A stretch of 64,000 nucleotides of DNA. It comes from Candidatus Omnitrophota bacterium (lineage in GTDB: Bacteria; Omnitrophota; Gorgyraeia; Gygaellales; Profunditerraquicolaceae). Numbering within the stretch: the stretch's first letter is position 1; each line of letters starts with the position of its first letter. Made by a program: the position numbers and the translations under genes. Location: assembly GCA_041651035.1 (NCBI GenBank), contig JBAZKC010000001.1, forward strand, positions 131,244 through 195,243, in the 5' to 3' direction. Positions 58,156 through 64,000 of this stretch are shown piece by piece. The notes under the pieces were generated by a model that ran no database searches, was not told the DNA's origin, and saw nothing but the letters and a program-made list of their open reading frames with translations.

Positions 58156-58740
58156 TTATAATTTATATACTTGTGGTTTTGAGAAGCCGTTATGTTCAAT
58201 TATATATACTGCCTTAGGCTCAATCTTAAATCCCCAGAAATCCTCTTTTTTGGCTCCCAGGCAGTTATTTAAAATAGCCCGCATTACTCCAAGGTGGCTG
58301 ACTATGGCCACGGTCTTATTTTCCTCTTTATTGATGATTGCATTTAATTCTTTCTTTACGCGGCTTATAAAATGGTTCATTTTCTCACCCAGGGGGATAT
58401 CTGCGCTAAAAGGATCTTTGAGCCATTTTTTGTAAAGACGCGGGTATTTTACGGAAACCTGCCGGTAATTAAGCCCTTCCCATTTGCCGAAATGCATTTC
58501 TCTCAAATTAGCGTTTTTAGAAATTCCGCATTTTCTATTACCAAAGATTATTCCGGCGGTTTGGCAGCTTCTTTTAAGGTCTGAACAAAATACCTTATCT
58601 ATTTTAAGCCCTTTCAGCTTTGCTCTTATTTTTTCCGCCTGCGCCAGGCCTGTTTTATTCAACTCGGGGTTCCGAAAACCACAATATATTTTTCTTAGGT
58701 TATCGTCGGTTAATCCATGCCTGATAAGTATGATCTTCAT
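58156..58740 (-). CDS. cobC: Histidine-phosphatase family protein, alpha-ribazole phosphatase (CobC-like)
   Basis: 194 aa with IILIRHGLTDDN and first-in-operon position after the B12 riboswitch. Confidence 0.8.
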   Translation of the reverse strand: MKIILIRHGLTDDNLRKIYCGFRNPELNKTGLAQAEKIRAKLKGLKIDKVFCSDLKRSCQTAGIIFGNRKCGISKNANLREMHFGKWEGLNYRQVSVKYPRLYKKWLKDPFSADIPLGEKMNHFISRVKKELNAIINKEENKTVAIVSHLGVMRAILNNCLGAKKEDFWGFKIEPKAVYIIEHNGFSKPQVYKL

Positions 58741-58756
58741 GATCTTGGCTACAATA

Positions 58757-58799
58757 AAAAACCCCGCAAGTAGCGCTCTTTTTAGAGCTACTTCGGGGC
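58757..58799 (-). terminator. Riboswitch expression-platform terminator (attenuator) between the aptamer and cobC
   Basis: The minus strand reads ccccgaagtagctc-taaaaa-gagcgctacttgcgggg followed by a T6 run. Confidence 0.65.
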
Positions 58800-58834
58800 T
58801 GCACCCTGTTTTAAGCTTTAACCCTTCCGCGAGG

Positions 58835-58980
58835 ACCTGATATAGGCAGGTCTTCTGGCTCCCGGATCACTCTACTCATCAGGCCTTCCCGCCCGAAAAT
58901 TTACGGGCAGTGGCTGATTATGACTTTCGTCCCCGGTTACAGCGGCGGGACCGCATCCGCTTTCACGGATTTCCCTTAAC
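58835..58980 (-). promoter_or_regulatory. Cobalamin riboswitch, copy 2, controlling the cob/btu operon
   Basis: Same conserved cores as copy 1, including CGCCGCUGUAACCGGGGACGAAAG, GCCACUG...GGGAAGGC and B12 box GAGCCAGAAGACCUGCC. Confidence 0.85.
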
Positions 58981-59061
58981 CTATATCCAAATTTGTATTT
59001 ATTCTTACACCCTGCGGACTGTTTGTCAACGTTTTTCTTGCGTAAGAATACCGCTTATATA

Positions 59062-59139
59062 TGGTCGGGGCGACAGGATTTGAACCTGTGACCTCTTGCT
59101 CCCAAAGCAAGCGCTCTAGCCAAACTGAGCCACGCCCCG
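59062..59139 (-). tRNA. tRNA-Pro (anticodon UGG)
   Basis: The minus strand reads CGGGGCGUGGCUCAGUUUGGCUAGAGCGCUUGCUUUGGGAGCAAGAGGUCACAGGUUCAAAUCCUGUCGCCCCGACCA. Anticodon loop UUUGGGA. CCA is encoded. Confidence 0.9.
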
Positions 59140-59150
59140 TTTGATGACTT

Positions 59151-59747
59151 TTAGCGTTTAATATATTTCAGGAGAGTTTTCTTGGCTTTTTCTAAAGCAC
59201 GGTAGCGATGGCTCATTCCGTGCTTTATTTTCTCTCCTAATTGCGCAAATGTTTTTTTATACTTGGGTATGATAAAAAGAGGATCGTACCCGAAGCCCGA
59301 ATTCCCCTTTAATTCAAACCCGATAATACCGGAACACTTTCCTTCTACTACTCCTATCAATCCATCTTTATCGGCCAAAGCCACCGCGCATGAATAATAC
59401 GCGTTTCTTTTACTAAACGGGATATCTTTTAACAGTCTAAGCAGCTTTAGATTATTCTTTATGTCGCTTTTGTCTCTGCCTGAGAAACGCGAAGAATAAA
59501 CACCAGGCTTGCCGCCTAAGGCGCGCACGCAAAGGCCTGAATCCTCTCCCAGCGTTAATTTCTTCGTAACAGCGGCAGTCTTAACCGCTTTCTTTACGGC
59601 ATTATCTTTAAAGGTCTTGCCGTTTTCGATTATACGCGGCTTTCTGGGACAATCCGCCAAAGAAGTTATCTTAAAGTCCAGGCCCTTCAGGATCTCTTTT
59701 ATCTCTTCCAGCTTTTTTCTATTCTTGGTTGCAACTACTAATTCCAT
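59151..59747 (-). CDS. rdgB: Non-canonical purine NTP pyrophosphatase (RdgB/HAM1)
   Basis: 198 aa with LVVATKNRKKLEE...SGFGYDPLF motifs. Confidence 0.9.
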   Translation of the reverse strand: MELVVATKNRKKLEEIKEILKGLDFKITSLADCPRKPRIIENGKTFKDNAVKKAVKTAAVTKKLTLGEDSGLCVRALGGKPGVYSSRFSGRDKSDIKNNLKLLRLLKDIPFSKRNAYYSCAVALADKDGLIGVVEGKCSGIIGFELKGNSGFGYDPLFIIPKYKKTFAQLGEKIKHGMSHRYRALEKAKKTLLKYIKR

Positions 59748-59749
59748 AA

Positions 59750-60463
59750 TTAAAAGATGTCTTTGATGAGGGTCTTTTGGATATCGATCAAATCCTTAAT
59801 GCCTTTCTTACCCAGGTCCATCAACACATCCATCTGTTCCTTGGTGAATGATTTTCTCTCTCCGGTCCCCTGGATCTCAATGAATTCACCGCTTCCGGTC
59901 ATAACCACATTCATATCCACTTCAGCTTTGGAATCTTCTTCATAGCATAAATCAAGTATGGGAGTGCCGCTTAATATGCCTACGCTGGTAGCGGCAACAA
60001 AATCCTTCAGCAGATTCCTGTTGATCAAACCATTTTTCTTTATTTTATTCAAAGCATCTGCCAAAGCGACAAAGCTGCCGGTAATGGACGCTGTGCGGGT
60101 GCCGCCGTCGCCCTGGATCACATCGCAGTCAAGCCAAATAGTGCGCTCACCAAGATTTCTCATATCAACCACCGTGCGCAGCGACCTGCCTACCAGCCGC
60201 TGTATTTCATAGGTCCGGCCGGAATCCTTTCCGCGGGGAATGCGTGAGCCGCAGGAACGGGGAAGCATGCCATATTCAGCAGTAACCCAGCCTGTGCCGG
60301 AGCCTTTTAAAAACGGGGGGACACTCTCCTCTACGGATGCCGTGCATATGACTTTGGTATTCCCTAATTCAATAAGGCAGGAGCCTTCGGGGAATTTTAA
60401 ATAATCGCGGGTTATTTTAACTTTGCGTAATTTATCGGCGCCTCTGCCGTCATTTCTTACCAT
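59750..60463 (-). CDS. rph: Ribonuclease PH. The start codon I chose lies inside the longer ORF on the supplied track.
   Basis: Has [11 protein letters not shown] and CTASVEE...GWVTAEY motifs. Start at MVRNDGR. Confidence 0.88.
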   Translation of the reverse strand: MVRNDGRGADKLRKVKITRDYLKFPEGSCLIELGNTKVICTASVEESVPPFLKGSGTGWVTAEYGMLPRSCGSRIPRGKDSGRTYEIQRLVGRSLRTVVDMRNLGERTIWLDCDVIQGDGGTRTASITGSFVALADALNKIKKNGLINRNLLKDFVAATSVGILSGTPILDLCYEEDSKAEVDMNVVMTGSGEFIEIQGTGERKSFTKEQMDVLMDLGKKGIKDLIDIQKTLIKDIF

Positions 60464-60965
60464 AAATACTCCTTCCGTTTTTATCAATGGCAACAATTAG
60501 GGGAAAATCCTTTACTTCCAGTTTCACTATGGCTTCCGGGCCCAGATCTTTATAGGCAACCGGAGTTACGCGTTTAATATATTTCGTAATCAGTGCGCCG
60601 CATCCGGCGTAAGCCAAAAAATATACCGCTTTATATCTTTTAATGGCCGCCGTCACTTCTTTTGAACGCCCGCCCTTGCCGATCATTCCCTTTAGCCCCG
60701 CCTTAAGCAGTTTCGGAGTGAACGCGTCCATACGTGAACTTGTCGTCGGGCCGCAGGAGCCGATAACCATTCCTTTTGGCGTTCCTGCCGGGCCGCAGTA
60801 ATAAATTACCTGCCCTTTTATATCTAACGGCGGCTTTTTAGCCTCAGACATCCGTTTATGGGCCTGATCGCGGCCGGTATAAATTATTCCGCTCAACAAA
60901 ACCTCATCACCCGCTTTCAGGTCTTTAATTTCTTGATAATTTAATGGCGCGGATATTTTTTTCAT
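60450..60965 (-). CDS. Fe-S hydro-lyase beta subunit (class I fumarate hydratase or L(+)-tartrate dehydratase beta)
   Basis: 171 aa with [13 protein letters not shown]. Confidence 0.8.
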   Translation of the reverse strand: MKKISAPLNYQEIKDLKAGDEVLLSGIIYTGRDQAHKRMSEAKKPPLDIKGQVIYYCGPAGTPKGMVIGSCGPTTSSRMDAFTPKLLKAGLKGMIGKGGRSKEVTAAIKRYKAVYFLAYAGCGALITKYIKRVTPVAYKDLGPEAIVKLEVKDFPLIVAIDKNGRSIYGKK

Positions 60966-60967
60966 AT

Positions 60968-61807
60968 TTATAGCGTCGCTTCTGCCAGGCGTAAAGCATG
61001 ACAGCTTATATTTACTGCCACGGGAAGACCGGCAATATGTGTAGGATAAGTTTCTATGTTCAAACTTAAAGCAGTATTCTTACCGCCTAACCCCATCGGC
61101 CCGATATTAAGCTTATTTATTTCACTTAGTAATTCCTGCCCTAATTTAGCAATCTTACCGGCAGGCTTGCCGCGTCCAACAGCTTTCTTAAGCAACGCCT
61201 TCTTAGCTAAAAAACAAGCATACTCCGCTGTCCCGCCGATCCCCACACCTACAACATAAGGCGGACAGGCATCAGGCCCTGCTGATCTTACCGCGTCAAT
61301 AATAAATTTTTTAATATCCACGATGCCGGCAGTCGGATTAAACATTTTAAGTTGAGATTTATTCTCGCAGCCAAAGCCTTTTGGCAGGACTGTTATTTTT
61401 AATTTATCTCCCCGTACTATATCCATGTGTATCACCGCGGGAGAATATCCTGAATTGCCCCTGGATAACGGCTGACGGATTATAGAATTCCTTAAGTACC
61501 CTTTTTTATACCCTGACTCAACGCCCCTATTTACGGCGCTTTTCAAATCGCCCGCGATCCTTACCCCTTGCCCGATTTCTAAAAATACTACGGGCATCCC
61601 GGTATCCTGACAAATAGCTAATTTTTCTTTTTTAGCGATAACGGCATTCTTAAGTATTGCCTCTAATATGCGCCTTGCCCTGGTATTTTTCTCTTTTTTA
61701 TACGCGCCTTTTAACTGGGCCAGGACACCTTTTCCTAATACGCAATTTGCCTTTACGCATAAGCCCGCTACAGTATTCTTGATCTTTCCAGCGACTATGG
61801 TTTTCAT
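60968..61807 (-). CDS. Fe-S hydro-lyase alpha subunit (class I fumarate hydratase or tartrate dehydratase alpha)
   Basis: 279 aa with CQDTGMPV and the Cys ligand set. Confidence 0.8.
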   Translation of the reverse strand: MKTIVAGKIKNTVAGLCVKANCVLGKGVLAQLKGAYKKEKNTRARRILEAILKNAVIAKKEKLAICQDTGMPVVFLEIGQGVRIAGDLKSAVNRGVESGYKKGYLRNSIIRQPLSRGNSGYSPAVIHMDIVRGDKLKITVLPKGFGCENKSQLKMFNPTAGIVDIKKFIIDAVRSAGPDACPPYVVGVGIGGTAEYACFLAKKALLKKAVGRGKPAGKIAKLGQELLSEINKLNIGPMGLGGKNTALSLNIETYPTHIAGLPVAVNISCHALRLAEATL

Positions 61808-62211
61808 TTTTCTTCTCTTCTATGCTCCCTTACAACTGTAGTTTTTATCCCGCCGCGGGGATTAAATTCCCCCGTGACCTTAATCCAGCGAGGATCACAG
61901 GCGCCGATGAAATCTTCCAGCATTTTATTTATTAAGTGTTCATGGAATATCCCGGCATCGCGGTAGAAAATCGTATACATCTTAAAAGACTTCAATTCAA
62001 TACAATATTTATCCGGAGAATACTCAATCTTTATCACGGCAAAATCAGGCAGGCCTGTCTTAGGGCAGATACAGGTAAATTCCGGCACATCCAGACAAAC
62101 GGTATACAATTTGTCTGGATACTGATTCTTCCATACTTCGATCTTAGGGGTTTTTAGGCCCCGGATGTTTTTCTGCAACCCTTCATACGCGCAATGCTTT
62201 TTACTTTTCAT
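61804..62211 (-). CDS. queF: NADPH-dependent 7-cyano-7-deazaguanine reductase
   Basis: 135 aa with CPKTGLPDFA and the ELKSFKMY (QueF motif). Confidence 0.9.
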   Translation of the reverse strand: MKSKKHCAYEGLQKNIRGLKTPKIEVWKNQYPDKLYTVCLDVPEFTCICPKTGLPDFAVIKIEYSPDKYCIELKSFKMYTIFYRDAGIFHEHLINKMLEDFIGACDPRWIKVTGEFNPRGGIKTTVVREHRREEK

Positions 62212-62879
62212 TTTATCCCCGCAATCTTGTGTATCTGCGAAATTACACAGGTAAGCACCTCTTCCTTAACACAGATATCTTTAAAACTTCTTAATTTTTC
62301 CGTCAATGAACCGTTATCTTCATAGCTATTAGGCTGTAAGACTAAAATCGCGGCCTTATTGACCTCTTTTACCAAGGCAAGCGCCTTGCGCAGGTCCTGC
62401 TCTTGCGTAGATCCGCAGATTATGGCTTTTAAGAAAACTTCTTTTCGCGAAGCGGTCTTTAAAAACCTTTGATGCGAACTCCAGAGTTCACCCATGCCCG
62501 TAGAAGTCGGCAGCTTTAAATCCATAGCTACAATGTCTAAATAATCTATCACTTCCGCCAGTTCCTCCGCTAAGGTCCCGTTTGTTTCCAGATAGTTCTT
62601 ATAGCCATGCGCGGAAGTCAATTTTAATACCTCTTTTAAATAATCTTTCTGCATAAGAGGCTCTCCGCCTGTAAATGACACGGAGTGGAAACCGTTCTGA
62701 TACAGCCTTATCTTTTCAAACAATTGTTCCGGAGAGTATTCCGTAAAACAATTTAATTTAGTATCGCAGAATTTGCAGCTAAGGTTACAGCCAAAGAAGC
62801 GCACAAAGATCTGCTTTTCGCCAAGATAAAGGCCTTCCCCCTGGACACTATCAAAAATCTCGGCGATCTTACCTTTCAT
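62208..62879 (-). CDS. queE: 7-carboxy-7-deazaguanine synthase (radical SAM)
   Basis: 223 aa with CNLSCKFCDT. Confidence 0.88.
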   Translation of the reverse strand: MKGKIAEIFDSVQGEGLYLGEKQIFVRFFGCNLSCKFCDTKLNCFTEYSPEQLFEKIRLYQNGFHSVSFTGGEPLMQKDYLKEVLKLTSAHGYKNYLETNGTLAEELAEVIDYLDIVAMDLKLPTSTGMGELWSSHQRFLKTASRKEVFLKAIICGSTQEQDLRKALALVKEVNKAAILVLQPNSYEDNGSLTEKLRSFKDICVKEEVLTCVISQIHKIAGIK

Positions 62880-63552
62880 TTTTATTATTCCTTTTAACCA
62901 ACGGATCCTCTAGCCCGGCTTCTTTAAAACCTTTGGCGCGGAAGTGGCAACTGTCGCATTTTCCGCAAGGACGGCGCCCTCCCCGGTAACAAGACCAGGT
63001 CAACTCAAACGGAACGCCTAAAGCGCTGCCTATCCTGATATTTTGGGCTTTATTATTACGCAACAAAGGGGTTTCAATCTTGATCTTTCTTTTTTCAACC
63101 CCGGCCTTTGTGCCGCAAGAAATTATTTTATTAAACGCCTCAAAGAATGCCGGCCGGCAATCAGGATACCCCGGGTAATCCTGGCTGTGGGCGCCGATAA
63201 AGATAGCGCTCGCGTTTTTTGCCTCAGCGTAAGACAAAGCAAAACTTAAAAAGATTATATTACGTCCGGGGACATAAGTCGCGGGGATCCCGTTTACCCG
63301 TTTACCCGCTTGTTCAGAAATAGTTGTTTTATTTCCTAAAAGGGCCGATCCTTTCCAGGGTAAGCCTATCTTTATGACCTGCCAGGGGCAATTCGCGGCA
63401 GAAGCAATTTTCTTTGCCGATTCTATTTCTCTGCGATGACGCTGGCCGTAATCAAAAATAAGGCAGAAACACTTAAAACCTCTTTTCTTGGCTATATAAA
63501 GGCTGGCAGCGGAATCCAAACCGCCGGATAAAAGAACAATGGCACTTTTCAT
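62869..63552 (-). CDS. queC: 7-cyano-7-deazaguanine synthase
   Basis: 227 aa with PP-loop LLSGGLDSAA and a C-terminal Zn Cys cluster CGKCDSC. Confidence 0.9.
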   Translation of the reverse strand: MKSAIVLLSGGLDSAASLYIAKKRGFKCFCLIFDYGQRHRREIESAKKIASAANCPWQVIKIGLPWKGSALLGNKTTISEQAGKRVNGIPATYVPGRNIIFLSFALSYAEAKNASAIFIGAHSQDYPGYPDCRPAFFEAFNKIISCGTKAGVEKRKIKIETPLLRNNKAQNIRIGSALGVPFELTWSCYRGGRRPCGKCDSCHFRAKGFKEAGLEDPLVKRNNKNER

Positions 63553-63905
63553 TCTTCATAAGTAGCGCAGCTGGCGTTATTTTCCCAAACCGTTACTGAC
63601 TTGAGGCTGGGGACAGGCAGCTTCAGGTTATCATAAATATATTTGGCAATATTTTCTGAAGTGGGATTAACCTTTTTAAAGTAAGCAATGTTATTTAAAT
63701 ACGCGTGATCCAGTTTTTTGAGCAGGCGATTCAATCTAGCTTTTAGATAATGAAAATCTAAGACCATGCCGGCACCGTCTAATTTATCCTTTGAGGCCAC
63801 CACCTCTATCTTCCAGTTATGGCCGTGCAGGCTTTCGCATTTCCCTTTATAGCCTCTTAAGTTATGCGCGGAACTGAAATTACCTTCCACTCTTACAGTA
63901 TACAT
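63549..63905 (-). CDS. queD: 6-carboxy-5,6,7,8-tetrahydropterin synthase
   Basis: 118 aa with CESLHGHNWKIEV. Confidence 0.9.
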   Translation of the reverse strand: MYTVRVEGNFSSAHNLRGYKGKCESLHGHNWKIEVVASKDKLDGAGMVLDFHYLKARLNRLLKKLDHAYLNNIAYFKKVNPTSENIAKYIYDNLKLPVPSLKSVTVWENNASCATYEE

Positions 63906-63908
63906 ATT

Positions 63909-64000
63909 TATTTAACCTTTTTTACCCCTTTTACCGTCCTGCCTAAGAACCTCTGCGCTAAGTCGCTGAACCATTCAGGGTTATCACTGACATAAAATTC
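63909..64000 (-). CDS. 3' end of an upstream CDS of unknown function; only its C-terminus lies in the window
   Basis: The minus-strand frame ...EFYVSDNPEWFSDLAQRFLGRTVKGVKKVK* ends at 63909. Confidence 0.3.

Noticed and set aside
57636-58199. Apparent 44-nt overlap between cobC (58156-58740) and cobU (ORF-track start 58199)
   Set aside because: cobU most likely starts at the internal MGEITFISGG (58154), where the P-loop begins as in characterised CobU proteins. That removes the overlap.
48088-59045. The motif cttgcgtaa(a/g) recurring near all three tRNA genes (48088, 48157, 50312, 59036)
   Set aside because: Positions relative to the tRNAs are inconsistent (upstream of one, downstream of the others). 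It is too short to separate from chance without a genome-wide count.

Overview
The window appears to be chromosomal DNA from an uncultivated, moderate-GC bacterium, with almost all genes on the minus strand. I worked from the sequence by hand and ran no searches.

Main blocks, left to right:
- 1-6.5 kb: a cobalamin riboswitch on the minus strand sits upstream of an operon containing a BtuB-like TonB-dependent receptor, exbB, exbD, tonB and thyX.
- 6.7-37.9 kb: housekeeping and envelope genes. These include gpmA, ispH, a polyprenyl synthase, a UbiA-family gene, ldh, msrBA, carB, a PurF paralog, a PgaB-like deacetylase, a PgaC-like GT2 gene, a TPR/porin gene, a GH1 gene, a Wzx-like flippase and a two-component system.
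- About 38.0-48.25 kb: an AT-rich defense-type island next to tRNA-His. It contains a nucleotidyltransferase gene pair and an OLD-family ATPase-TOPRIM nuclease. It also contains a four-gene cassette (N6A methyltransferase, a DUF262-HNH endonuclease, a second methyltransferase, and a UvrD-like helicase fused to a Cas4/AddB-type nuclease) that is flanked by 17-bp direct repeats. The island is punctuated by at least three copies of a roughly 65-nt structured repeat that shows arm covariation.
- About 49.56-50.29 kb: a tRNA-Arg(UCU) split in the anticodon loop by a 653-nt group I intron that encodes a PD-(D/E)xK-like endonuclease.
- 50.4-59.0 kb: a second cobalamin riboswitch with a terminator controls a corrinoid salvage and uptake operon (cobC, cobU, cobT, cobS, cobQ, an MJ0570/Dph6-family PP-loop ATPase, btuF, btuC, btuD, cobA).
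- 59.0-64.0 kb: tRNA-Pro, rdgB, rph, a class I fumarate hydratase alpha/beta pair, and queF, queE, queC, queD.

No rRNA, CRISPR array, transposase or integrase was recognised.
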